Shown here one piece after another: positions 28,965 through 38,025 of a DNA stretch of 64,000 bases. Positions within the stretch are counted from its first letter, which is position 1, and every line of letters starts with the position of its first letter. The DNA lies in IMG/VR virus record IMGVR_UViG_3300022752_000001, positions 8,270-72,269 of that record; one strand, given 5' to 3'. The DNA comes from a virus. The notes under the pieces are model-generated. The model was not told the DNA's origin. It did not search any database and worked only from the letters and a program-made list of their open reading frames with translations. Position numbers and translations under genes: made by a program.

Positions 28965-28992
28965 TTGACTAATATCTGACAGTATTTAATAT
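28965..28992 (+). promoter_or_regulatory. Promoter with operator
   Basis: TTGACT-N16-TAATAT; the spacer contains CTGACAGTA. Confidence 0.55.
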
Positions 28993-29000
28993 AAAACCTT

Positions 29001-29324
29001 ATGGCATACGAACCCTCCAGCAGCGATAACGAAAACTATACGTTACGGAAACTTAACTACTTGGCTTCAGATACTGAAAAGGACACAAGTCTTTCACTTG
29101 GACAATATGGGGCTGTTTACAAAACTGCTGCCGGTGCTCTTTCGGGTGGGCCTTGGGGTGCTATCCAGGCTACTGCCACGGCAGTCGTTAATGTAACCTC
29201 TGGTAACTGGACGAACAGTGACGCAACGACTGCGGTGGACGTTCCTGCAGGTTCGACCATCTTTGGCAATTTTACGGCCATTACCCTGACCAGCGGCAAG
29301 ATCATCGCCTACAAAAGCGCTTAA
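29001..29324 (+). CDS. Small virion/decoration-like protein
   Basis: Thr/Ala/Gly-rich, C-terminal PAG.TI.G.F..ITLTSG.IIAY; the N-terminus resembles that of the 638-aa fibre. Confidence 0.6.
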   Translation: MAYEPSSSDNENYTLRKLNYLASDTEKDTSLSLGQYGAVYKTAAGALSGGPWGAIQATATAVVNVTSGNWTNSDATTAVDVPAGSTIFGNFTAITLTSGKIIAYKSA

Positions 29325-29330
29325 ACTGCC

Positions 29331-29741
29331 ATGCCGAAACTCGGCTTAGGCTTAAGCTTGTCGGTTCCTATTGTTGGTGGGGGAGTAGCCGCGCCGACAA
29401 CAATTGCTCTTGGCACACCTTTCCTATATTTAAGCGGCCTCACGTTTCCATCAGTAGATGGACAATGGTCTAATTTTTCAATTCAAAACCCATATTATTG
29501 GGAAGGAGCCTTAAATGGTTGGCTTAGCCAATACGGCAGTGGATCAATTACATGGAATTCCTATGACACAAAATGGTACATTGGAGTTCAAGGTTATTAT
29601 GAAACTGGAGACGAAAATAGTGGTTATGAAAGCAGAACAGCGGCCAGAATAACAGCATCATCTTCGGCTCTTCCATTATATGGATGGACAAATGAATCAT
29701 GGGTTACTGGCGGAACACTTGTAATCAGCACAACTCCTTGA
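29331..29741 (+). CDS. Hypothetical virion accessory protein
   Basis: MPKLGLGLSL N-terminus; Trp/Tyr/Ser-rich. Confidence 0.55.
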   Translation: MPKLGLGLSLSVPIVGGGVAAPTTIALGTPFLYLSGLTFPSVDGQWSNFSIQNPYYWEGALNGWLSQYGSGSITWNSYDTKWYIGVQGYYETGDENSGYESRTAARITASSSALPLYGWTNESWVTGGTLVISTTP

Positions 29742-29784
29742 GTCTACCCACCGCATAATAATATATCTTATTTGCCAGTTAATA

Positions 29785-29812
29785 TTGACTGTAAAAAGAC
29801 AGTAACTAGCAT
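29785..29812 (+). promoter_or_regulatory. Promoter, probably for a leaderless mRNA
   Basis: TTGACT-N16-TAGCAT with ATG 6 nt later; the spacer shares AAAAGACAGTAAC with the capsid promoter. Confidence 0.55.
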
Positions 29813-29818
29813 CAACTT

Positions 29819-30292
29819 ATGACTAAAAAAGAAATCCCTGGACTGTTGATTAGGGGTCTTGGCGTGGCTAAAACAGAGCCCATGCACGACGAGGCGACAG
29901 AAGGACCGGAAATCATGGAGGCTTTTGCATCCTCCCCTGCCCCTGGAGAGTTCTTCTCTACCCTCCTGCACTCGGCCACCATCGCCCATCAAATTCATTT
30001 TAAGACTCGTTCTTTTGCCGTTCATAAAGCCCTTGGCAAGTTCTACGACGAGATTGTGGAACTTACCGATGGGCTCGTGGAGTCTTGGCAGGGCAAGTAC
30101 GGGTTGGTTCAGAACTTTCCTTTCAAATATGACCTTGAGACCGAGGATCCTGAATCATTCCTGGCAGACCTTGATTACTACGTTAAGACGCACCGCGAGC
30201 TAGTTTCAGACGATTCTGAGATCCAGAACGACATTGATACGATCCAGACCCTGATTAACTCCACCACCTACAAGATCCGCTTCCTCAAATAA
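29819..30292 (+). CDS. Ferritin/Dps-like protein (DUF5856-like)
   Basis: H..H..T.SFA.HKAL..FYD......D.LVE..QGKYG ... D.I..LIN.T.Y. Confidence 0.75.
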   Translation: MTKKEIPGLLIRGLGVAKTEPMHDEATEGPEIMEAFASSPAPGEFFSTLLHSATIAHQIHFKTRSFAVHKALGKFYDEIVELTDGLVESWQGKYGLVQNFPFKYDLETEDPESFLADLDYYVKTHRELVSDDSEIQNDIDTIQTLINSTTYKIRFLK

Positions 30293-30296
30293 GTTT

Positions 30297-30593
30297 ATGC
30301 CACTGGGCAAAAAAGCTTCTATGCCCTGCAACAGCCCGAGGCCAAGCACACGGCCAGGCAAGAAACGGATGGTCAAAGCTTGTGAGGGTGGCAAGGAGAA
30401 GCTGGTTTACTTTGGGGCTAAGGGGTACGGAAACAACTACTCGGCGGCAGCCCGCAAATCATTTAGAGCACGGCATAACTGCGACAACCCGGGGAGCAAG
30501 CTAGGTGCCCGTTACTGGGCGTGTAAGAACCTTTGGGCTGGCCCAGGCGGAGCAACTACTCCCAACCCTAAAGGCCGGCAAGGTAAGTACTAA
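30297..30593 (+). CDS. Basic conserved phage protein
   Basis: KK..V.....K.V.FG..G.....ARKSFRARH.C......ARYWAC..W. Confidence 0.7.
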   Translation: MPLGKKASMPCNSPRPSTRPGKKRMVKACEGGKEKLVYFGAKGYGNNYSAAARKSFRARHNCDNPGSKLGARYWACKNLWAGPGGATTPNPKGRQGKY

Positions 30594-30937
30594 ATATATC
30601 CCTTTGGGGGTATATGTCCCTTTAGGGATAAATATTTCAATTTAGGGTAACATAAGTTACCCCAAAATACAGGTTACCAGGGCAAGTTACCCCAAAATAA
30701 CCGCTGTACTTCAATCAGTTACGGCAAAAAGGGTAACTGGGTAACTTGTTTTTCGACTTTGGGGTTCCCAAGCCCGGCACACACAGCGCAAATATTTCAC
30801 GCCAGATTATATAGATTAATATATTATAGTTACCCTAGTTACCCTAGTTACCCTAAATATTATAACCACAAATACTTAAAATGGGTAACTTTGAAATTTT
30901 TGGGGTAACTTAGGTTACCCTAAAGCCGCTTTACCCC
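30594..30937. repeat. AT-rich non-coding region with about 12 GTTACCC/GGGTAAC iterons (candidate origin)
   Basis: Includes tandem AGTTACCCT x3 at 30828-30854 and inverted copies; lies between convergent gene blocks. Confidence 0.7.
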
Positions 30938-31119
30938 GTCATGGGCAGTCCTCTTGGCTAGGACCCAGATAACCGCTGTCGCAGCCAGAAAAATAAGCTT
31001 ACCTAGGATTTGCCGTATCATTGGCTCGGCTTTGGTAAAGCGCCCACTTTGTAATCTTGGCTATCAGCCTTTTGCTGTTCACCGGCCTTTGCGTAACCGC
31101 GACCTTTGGTTTAGGGGTC

Positions 31120-31446
31120 TTAGCCACGACGAGGCATCCTACTGTTCAACCAGGCTCTTCGTTTGGCACACGCTTTACAGGTGCTTAAACGACTCCCAAA
31201 CACCGAATCCAGGGCTTTCGCGACAGGCAAGGCAAGAACATGCACCAGATCCCCCAGGCCCTTTGATTCGCAGAACCCCGGGTCCTTGGCACAGCTCTGT
31301 CGAATGATCTCCTTCCGGTACAGTTCCCTTGCTTGATACTCCCATGGGTCCTGCCCCTTGGATGAGAGAATCTGAGTTATTAGATCGTCCAGGTTTTCGT
31401 GGATCCTCTTGACCGGCCCTTCCTCGTATGTCCATATGAATTTCAT
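31120..31446 (-). CDS. Hypothetical Cys-containing protein
   Basis: GLGD.V...C..C.KRR..LN motif. Confidence 0.6.
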   Translation of the reverse strand: MKFIWTYEEGPVKRIHENLDDLITQILSSKGQDPWEYQARELYRKEIIRQSCAKDPGFCESKGLGDLVHVLALPVAKALDSVFGSRLSTCKACAKRRAWLNSRMPRRG

Positions 31447-31471
31447 GACAATCCGTTGACATTAATCCAAC

Positions 31472-31753
31472 ATGCCCCAAAATCGTTTGGTGGATTTGGA
31501 AGATCTCAATTTGCGTTTTGTTGATGAAGACTCAATCCTGACAGTTCTTTTGGCTGCATGCGTGGACTCCCCGAACAGCGAACTGCAGATCTCCAGGAAA
31601 GCCTTTGTGGAGCTCAAGGAGCGAATGAAAGCTCTCAAGCCCGGCAACAAACCTGTTTTAGTTGCGGTCGATGAACAAGATTCTTTTCGTGTACGGTTCA
31701 TGGTCAATGAACAAGAAGTGCATGATTTCGTGCAGGACTTCATACCAGATTAG
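31472..31753 (+). CDS. Hypothetical protein
   Basis: 93-aa ORF with protein-like composition. Confidence 0.5.
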   Translation: MPQNRLVDLEDLNLRFVDEDSILTVLLAACVDSPNSELQISRKAFVELKERMKALKPGNKPVLVAVDEQDSFRVRFMVNEQEVHDFVQDFIPD

Positions 31754-32052
31754 AAATCCGCCTTTTCAAACTCGGACAGCAGCGCCTGAGCGTCGTCCAC
31801 GTTATCTTCGATATAACCGCGGAGTTTGTGTTGTAGAACCCGCTCTTCTTTTTTCTGCTCTGCTTTGAGCTCGTTCAGAGCCACGCAGGATTCTTTATGA
31901 ATCTTAACCTTGTCTCGCAATTCGTCCCGAAGGAAACAGATTTGCAGGTCCAGATTTTCTAGAAGTTTTTCAGTGCGGTCTATTCCCCGTTTCATCGCTC
32001 GCATCCGCGAGCCCATTTTTTGAAACCACGATTTAAATTTCACCTTCTCCAT
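31750..32052 (-). CDS. Hypothetical coiled-coil protein
   Basis: Heptad-rich ORF. Confidence 0.5.
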   Translation of the reverse strand: MEKVKFKSWFQKMGSRMRAMKRGIDRTEKLLENLDLQICFLRDELRDKVKIHKESCVALNELKAEQKKEERVLQHKLRGYIEDNVDDAQALLSEFEKADF

Positions 32053-32105
32053 GCCCACAGTTTGCGGACATGGAGAGGCGAATCAATTAGTCAACGTAAG
32101 ACAGA

Positions 32106-32366
32106 TTAACGTAATGTTTGCAGCAACGCGTTTGCCTGCGCTCGTGTCATGCGACTGTCGTCAACATGCACGTCGTAACCACCGTACCATTTTTCTTGTC
32201 CCCAAACCGAAGCCTTCGCTTCACCAACCTTGACTCCACCCGCGTAGAGATCGTAACCGCCGGGCCATTTCTGGGTTCCCCACACGGAAGGACGAATGGC
32301 AAAGTCCTCCGCCTGGGCGCCTGCTGCAAAGGCTACCACGCATAATGCAGCGATTAGTTTCTTCAT
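32106..32366 (-). CDS. Small secreted protein with internal repeat
   Basis: Sec signal MKKLIAALCVVAFAAGAQA; SVWG..KW.GGYD occurs twice. Confidence 0.7.
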   Translation of the reverse strand: MKKLIAALCVVAFAAGAQAEDFAIRPSVWGTQKWPGGYDLYAGGVKVGEAKASVWGQEKWYGGYDVHVDDSRMTRAQANALLQTLR

Positions 32367-32599
32367 TGTTGAAACAGTATACTGACATCGTTTAGTCAGC
32401 AATAAAAATAAATTAAATTTTTCTCATACGTGTATTTATAGAACTTAAACTTCAGGGGGGGGAGGGTGGGTGTGGGGGTAGTAGCCCAACATTAAGCACT
32501 TACACCGCCCCGCAGCCTATTTGTATTATTAGCAGAGAGAGAAGGGAACCGGATGGATCCCTGTATCTCACAAAACCCCTGCTATAGATAGGAGACACC

Positions 32600-32923
32600 A
32601 TGGCATATGATACTCAAACCGTAGTAGCACAAACCGCAACGACTTACGCACCGAAGAACGATGCGTTGTACTTGACGGTGAAACGGAGCAAGTTCGGCCA
32701 CCTCGGCACGATCAACCCCAGCTCGACCAACGGCTCGGAGCAGGCTGCTGCTCTCGCCGCCCTGGCGAAGATCGCGCTCAGTGGCAAGTGCTTGGACATC
32801 AGCGTGCGTCCCGCAAAGGACGATGTGGAGAACCTCACCCTGCGCTTCTCGGTGAGTTCGTTCGTTCCGCAGCAGCGGACGTCGTTGGCAGAGCGGCTCG
32901 TCACCGCTCACCTCAATAGCTAA
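32600..32923 (+). CDS. Hypothetical protein
   Basis: Strong SD AGGAG; followed by a hairpin. Confidence 0.65.
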   Translation: MAYDTQTVVAQTATTYAPKNDALYLTVKRSKFGHLGTINPSSTNGSEQAAALAALAKIALSGKCLDISVRPAKDDVENLTLRFSVSSFVPQQRTSLAERLVTAHLNS

Positions 32924-32936
32924 TTGAGGCTCCGGA

Positions 32937-32963
32937 CCCCGTGGGGACTGCAAACCCACGGGG
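32937..32963. terminator. Hairpin between convergent genes
   Basis: CCCCGTGGG-N9-CCCACGGGG. Confidence 0.55.
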
Positions 32964-32984
32964 AACGGTTTATCAAACCGCTCG

Positions 32985-33446
32985 CTACACAGTGATAACT
33001 GGATTACTGGCAGTTACTGACACCGAATCTTGTGGAAGTTGTTGTAAAACCGCAATGTTCACTGTTTGGGTTTTCGAGCCTTCCGACAAGCCAAAAGCTG
33101 TCGTTGCCACACGATTCACCTTTTCCAACGCAGTGAAATGTTCTTCAACTTCACTACGGGTAGCTGGGGCTTCTGCCTCCAGCGCATTCATCCCGCCCTC
33201 AACCTGTTTCTTTAACCTTACTAGATATGATTGGGCTTCACCCACCATTTCATTCGTTGCAACACGATGCGCTTCTGCCACTCGTTGCAGAGATTGCTGC
33301 TTGTAAGTTGCAAGTTTGAAGCGCGCAACGTGACTGCGTATCGACGCAGCATTCACGTTGAATCTAGTAGCTAATATCTGAGGTGGAATACCTTTCGCGT
33401 ATTCCGCTTCAATCGGGCCCCAATCAATCACTGAACGCTTTCTCAT
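32985..33446 (-). CDS. Terminase small subunit-like HTH protein
   Basis: IDW..IEAEY..G.....LA.RF.V....IRS N-terminal HTH, coiled coil and C-terminal TVNIAVL strand. Confidence 0.6.
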   Translation of the reverse strand: MRKRSVIDWGPIEAEYAKGIPPQILATRFNVNAASIRSHVARFKLATYKQQSLQRVAEAHRVATNEMVGEAQSYLVRLKKQVEGGMNALEAEAPATRSEVEEHFTALEKVNRVATTAFGLSEGSKTQTVNIAVLQQLPQDSVSVTASNPVITV

Positions 33447-33563
33447 GCTGTTGCAACGATTGTACCAGACGTTGCAACGCTATGCAAGTTACTGACAGAC
33501 ATCAGTCATCTTCAACCACGATCGATAAACCACAACCCATAACCCATAACCAAGGAGACAACC

Positions 33564-33830
33564 ATGAAAGCAACTTACAAGAACAGCAACAGCTGGTCCC
33601 AGATCGACAAGAAATGGCACGAGGACAGGAACGAGCGGATCATGATCACAATGCTCTGCCCTTACGCCGTAGGACAGATCATCACTCAGGATAACGGCAC
33701 CCAGGAGATCGTCAGCCACATCTCCAAAGTCGACGATGAGTTCATCGTTCAGACCAAGGTCTTGGCTGGTCTCAGCGGCTACTACAAGGTGCAGGCCGAC
33801 GGCTCCTTGAAGAACGGGCTGAGCCGATGA
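33564..33830 (+). CDS. Early hypothetical protein
   Basis: AAGGAG SD; first gene of the early block. Confidence 0.65.
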   Translation: MKATYKNSNSWSQIDKKWHEDRNERIMITMLCPYAVGQIITQDNGTQEIVSHISKVDDEFIVQTKVLAGLSGYYKVQADGSLKNGLSR

Positions 33831-34028
33831 ACCAGTACGCAGTTGTTTATAACGGCCACGTGCAACGGGAGTTCAAGCGTCGTGAAGATGCTTGGGACTA
33901 CCTGGTGCAACGTGGCTGGCGTTGGTCTGACGAAGCCTACATCGCAACCTTTTAATTGAATTTCCTGCAACGCGGTACTTTGCCTCCGCGTTGCATCCTG
34001 ACGGTAAGGCAAAACAAGAGGTACATAT

Positions 34029-34193
34029 ATGCGTAACATGATCCCAATCGACCATGTCGAAGTGGAAGAATACACAAACCAATCAACCCTTGATGCCGTG
34101 AGCAGCGAGTACGTTGCAATGCGGCACCCCATGCTCGAGATGGACGAAGCGTCCATGCGGGCTGAGTGCGTCCGGAGGTTCATCAATGATTAA
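34029..34193 (+). CDS. Early hypothetical protein
   Basis: GAGG SD; 54 aa. Confidence 0.5.
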   Translation: MRNMIPIDHVEVEEYTNQSTLDAVSSEYVAMRHPMLEMDEASMRAECVRRFIND

Positions 34194-34515
34194 CCTAACC
34201 GAACAACTCGAAGCGATCCGGCCTAGCTTGAACCTCAAGCCCAGCCCGGTGCAACCGACGGCCAAAGTTCCGGTACCGGCACAGGTCTTCCGTATCCCTG
34301 CCAAGGTGATGCGAGACGGCGTGGCTTGGTCACCGACCTATTGGTACAACCCCAAAAGCAACCACGATCGGCAGCGTGCGATGAGCGAGCTGCGGTCTGC
34401 GTTGCAGTATGGCACCAGCTTGGAAGGCGCAAGCGCTTCCCGTTGGGGCGTACAGATCGGAGACAAAACCTTCACCGTCAACCCGGTTGGGCTGACCGAG
34501 TGGATCAATAGTTAA
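34186..34515 (+). CDS. Early hypothetical protein
   Basis: GGAGG SD before ATG 34186. Confidence 0.6.
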   Translation: MINLTEQLEAIRPSLNLKPSPVQPTAKVPVPAQVFRIPAKVMRDGVAWSPTYWYNPKSNHDRQRAMSELRSALQYGTSLEGASASRWGVQIGDKTFTVNPVGLTEWINS

Positions 34516-34659
34516 TTATTGACAGGGACGTGCTAGTAGTTCAATCCTTTAGCACCTTCCTGACAGAAAGGATTTACCCTATGAGCAGCGTATCGACCAA
34601 ACCCAAGACCCTTAAAGAGTATGCCGACGCAGCTTTCGGGGCATAAGGAGTAATCATTT

Positions 34660-34944
34660 ATGAAAGTAACCATGCCATACGAGATTATAATTACGGGAAG
34701 AAACAAAATGCCACCCGTCCCAAACTTAATTCGTGGCACCAGAAAAAGCCGGATTCTGTTCCGGCATCCCGAGTCCCAGCGATATCAAAGTATCATCGTG
34801 CATCACGATGTGTGGATGAACGAAAGCGGGTTGGAGTTTATTGACGACAGAACCATGCGGGTCATGGAGTTGGTCAAAGCAAAGCACTCCGGCTTACTCG
34901 AAATGCCAAAGACGATTAATCAGAAAGGAAAACCATGCACTTAA
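34660..34944 (+). CDS. Early hypothetical protein
   Basis: AAGGAG SD. Confidence 0.6.
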   Translation: MKVTMPYEIIITGRNKMPPVPNLIRGTRKSRILFRHPESQRYQSIIVHHDVWMNESGLEFIDDRTMRVMELVKAKHSGLLEMPKTINQKGKPCT

Positions 34945-34999
34945 AAATTAAACTCAATAAAAGCCAGCAGAAGGTTCACAAAAAAGGAACGGCATCCAA

Positions 35000-35323
35000 A
35001 TGACCGTCGAGATTGATTACGCCGAAGCTACGTTCCGGCACAAAAACCAGGACTACCTAGCTATCGGCGGAGTAACCCACAATACCGCGTCCGAAGATGT
35101 AGGTATTGGAAGCTACGAATACTGGGGCAGTCGGGAGTATGACTCCAAGGTAGTAGAGGTCAGTGAGTTTGCCGAAGCCAAGTTCGGTGACATCGACATC
35201 TACCCTGCCGGGTCAGACACACCACTCTGTGACGTATCCCCTGCCCTACTCGAAGCAGCCCAGGAAGCACTGTTCAACAAGACATGTGACCTGGCTGAAG
35301 AGAAAGCATTGGAGGCAGCGTGA
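35000..35323 (+). CDS. Early acidic hypothetical protein
   Basis: Contains GIGSYEYWG...D, a motif typical of phage early proteins. Confidence 0.65.
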   Translation: MTVEIDYAEATFRHKNQDYLAIGGVTHNTASEDVGIGSYEYWGSREYDSKVVEVSEFAEAKFGDIDIYPAGSDTPLCDVSPALLEAAQEALFNKTCDLAEEKALEAA

Positions 35324-35475
35324 AACCTACACTCAAACAGATCAAAGCAGAGCTAAAGAAAATAACCAAAGACCTAGAGAAGTACCGCAAGTTCATACCC
35401 AACGAGCAGGAAGAACTGCTCTGTGTGGGTTGGATCGAGGCACTGACCTGGGTCTTGGGCGAGGAGGCAACATGA
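35320..35475 (+). CDS. Early hypothetical protein
   Basis: GTG start with GGAGG SD; GWIEALTWVL motif. Confidence 0.55.
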   Translation: MKPTLKQIKAELKKITKDLEKYRKFIPNEQEELLCVGWIEALTWVLGEEAT

Positions 35476-35729
35476 TTGTCACCACAATTGGCGGTCTGAA
35501 GAAGAGCTTAAAGACCTACCCCAAGTCGGCACAGAACGAGGTGGTCGGTATCGTTTGGTACCGAAAGAAGTTCTTCAAGGATGACGTGGAGAACAAGAAG
35601 TTCCTCACGGACGCTGTCTTTGAGGACGCCTTAAACAGCGTCAACGACGAGGCGGCCGACGAAATGATGGCTGACCAAATTATCGGCCGTCTGCAGGAGA
35701 TGGAACAAGAAGCAAAGGAGGAAGCATGA
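35472..35729 (+). CDS. Early hypothetical protein
   Basis: GAGGAGG SD; ATGA overlap. Confidence 0.6.
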   Translation: MIVTTIGGLKKSLKTYPKSAQNEVVGIVWYRKKFFKDDVENKKFLTDAVFEDALNSVNDEAADEMMADQIIGRLQEMEQEAKEEA

Positions 35730-35844
35730 ACAATATTGAGATACTGAGAGCAGCGCTACAGGACTTTGTAGATTTCTACAATGATCCAAACATGCCGATG
35801 GCTGAGCTTGTTAGCCGGGCTCAAGAAGCATTAGACAAAACCAA

Positions 35845-36027
35845 ATGAGCTACACCGTACGTGAGTGCGACTGTGGTTCAGGCAAGACAAGCGATTGGGT
35901 AAACGACGGCCACGGCATACCGCTGTGCCGGACCTGTCCCGATTGCCACGACACAAAGATCAGCAGATACCGTCCCGATATCTTCAGTAGGTATCAGACG
36001 GAAGAGCAGATCGATGAAGACTATTGA
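35845..36027 (+). CDS. Small zinc-binding protein
   Basis: C.CGSG...D..GI.L...C..C. Confidence 0.6.
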   Translation: MSYTVRECDCGSGKTSDWVNDGHGIPLCRTCPDCHDTKISRYRPDIFSRYQTEEQIDEDY

Positions 36028-36247
36028 TATGAATCTACCGACCATCAATCGATTAAAGGCAGTCCATCTGATGGACCAGTCAGAGTTGGCGATGCTGGTT
36101 GAGCAGTTCAACGCACTGCTTGCCTCGCATCAACGAGTTAAAGCGGAAGTGGAAACACTACGCCAAACCCTTAGCTCCTACGTTGGCTTCACGCAGAAGC
36201 TGACCGAGGAAATCACCCAATACAAAAGGAACAAAAGACCACGATGA
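36014..36247 (+). CDS. Hypothetical coiled-coil protein
   Basis: Coupled ORF. Confidence 0.55.
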   Translation: MKTIDMNLPTINRLKAVHLMDQSELAMLVEQFNALLASHQRVKAEVETLRQTLSSYVGFTQKLTEEITQYKRNKRPR

Positions 36248-36567
36248 TCAACCTAACCAAAGAACCCATCAACAGGATTGAACCTTGCGATGACAACCCT
36301 GGTACACACAAGACCGGGGAGTTACGCAACATTACAGCCGACGAGATAACCGCGATCCTTGGCTTCGAGCCCAACTTCTCTGATGATCCAGACAAGGTGG
36401 TTCACTCTTGGCTTGGACGATTCAATTACTCGGATGGAGAACGCAAGATGTTCGCTATCTGGGACTACAAAGGGTCGCACTTAGAGAACAAGTTCAGTAC
36501 GTGGGGTGACCATGAGTTACTCAACGGACTGTTTCATGGACATTACAGCCACGGTTTAGGTTGGTAA
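36244..36567 (+). CDS. Early hypothetical protein
   Basis: G.P...D..KV...W......FAIWDYK motif. Confidence 0.65.
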   Translation: MINLTKEPINRIEPCDDNPGTHKTGELRNITADEITAILGFEPNFSDDPDKVVHSWLGRFNYSDGERKMFAIWDYKGSHLENKFSTWGDHELLNGLFHGHYSHGLGW

Positions 36568-36582
36568 ATTACTGACTGTTAT

Positions 36583-36780
36583 ATGTCAGCAACTTATACC
36601 ATTCCTGGTTGGTTTAGTCCTGCCATGTCTCGCGCGATCATTCACGCATACAAGGAGGGCTATAAAGTCAGAGAGATCAGTCGTTTATTCAACATTAAGT
36701 ACAACCAAATCTATCGGTTCCTTGTGCTTAGCAAGCACTTGATCCCAACCAAGAAAGCCAAAGCCAATGAAAATAAATAA
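36583..36780 (+). CDS. Small HTH DNA-binding protein
   Basis: YKEGYKVREISRLFNIKYNQIYRFL; operator motif directly upstream. Confidence 0.6.
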   Translation: MSATYTIPGWFSPAMSRAIIHAYKEGYKVREISRLFNIKYNQIYRFLVLSKHLIPTKKAKANENK

Positions 36781-37153
36781 AATGAATGTCAAAACCTTGA
36801 ACAACATCAAGGCCCGACTTGAAACGATAAGTGAGAAGACGGACACGACACCTGCCAAGGGTGACGAGTCCCCCTCCCTTTTCTACAAACACATCATTGA
36901 ACAACTACAACGCAAGGAGGCCAAATGAACCTGGCTTTAACCGAAACAATACTTCGATGGGTCTTCCCCTTGTTCTCCATGTTCATCTTCTGGATGGCGT
37001 GGCTTCTGCTTAGGGGGCAGCGATGAAGGTTGCACTCAAACGCATCATCAAACTAGTCGAAGACTGGTGCGACAACCCCAAGAAAGACCACGTTGAGACG
37101 CTGAACAAGATCCTTGAAACAGCCCTCGACGCCTTGAAAGGAGGCAAAAACAA

Positions 37154-37600
37154 ATGAAATCAGCCGTGCTCGATACGTTGGATGAGATGGATGTAGGTAT
37201 TGACCAGCTTCTACCTACCCCGAGCGATACACCTACAGGTAAAAACCTTTGGGCTATCTGCACGGAAAGCCAATGGCTTAGTCGTGCCTGTGGTTGGGAG
37301 AAGATTGCCAAAACTTCAACGGATCAGTTCCCTGATGACAAGGCAACCGTCCGCGCTAACCGCAATACCGGCAAGCCGGACATGATCTACACGGTGTACT
37401 TCAACCAAGGTACACGGACACACACAAACAATTGGGGTACCTACAAAACAAGAAGCCGATTGATGATTAGCACAATAGGCGAACCAGTTAATCGTCAATT
37501 CCACTTCAACGGTAGTTGTCCCAGCGACGGAGAACTTCAAAAGATCACCGACACAATGGAGTTCATTGAGTCGAGGATCCAGGCCGCGAGTAACGGCTAA
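37154..37600 (+). CDS. Early hypothetical protein
   Basis: AAGGAGG SD. Confidence 0.65.
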   Translation: MKSAVLDTLDEMDVGIDQLLPTPSDTPTGKNLWAICTESQWLSRACGWEKIAKTSTDQFPDDKATVRANRNTGKPDMIYTVYFNQGTRTHTNNWGTYKTRSRLMISTIGEPVNRQFHFNGSCPSDGELQKITDTMEFIESRIQAASNG

Positions 37601-37660
37601 TCGGTACGGTTCCATGAACCGCGATCGACAAATCAATAAACTAAAACGGAGGATACACAC

Positions 37661-38011
37661 ATGGCTTACGTCGTCACAGCGACACCTGACCAGGTTGACT
37701 TGTTCGGCAAGGCATCTGATCAGCTCAACAAAGCAAAGAAGGTACGCGATGATCTCGTCAAACGGGTCTTCATACCTTCGTCCGATAACGGTAACACGCA
37801 CTGGGCAGGGTCACATTATCAGATCACTGCCTCTGAAAGGCGTGTTAACCGGTTCGATCTACCCACGTTGATCGAGAAACTTCAGGAGCGTGGCATCGAG
37901 GATGCCAACGCGTTGGTTGAATCCTGTCAGAAAGATTCCATCAGCGTCTCGTTCCGATCCACCGTCCTTGTTGGACGGCTGGCACTACAACTAGCGGAAG
38001 CAACTAGCTAA
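37661..38011 (+). CDS. Early hypothetical protein
   Basis: GGAGG SD. Confidence 0.65.
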   Translation: MAYVVTATPDQVDLFGKASDQLNKAKKVRDDLVKRVFIPSSDNGNTHWAGSHYQITASERRVNRFDLPTLIEKLQERGIEDANALVESCQKDSISVSFRSTVLVGRLALQLAEATS

Positions 38012-38025
38012 AGGAGATACTCATC

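Noticed and set aside
30640-30937. CRISPR array
   Set aside because: Repeats are 7-9 bp, irregularly spaced and in both orientations; there is no cas operon, and the Cas4-like gene is a phage exonuclease.
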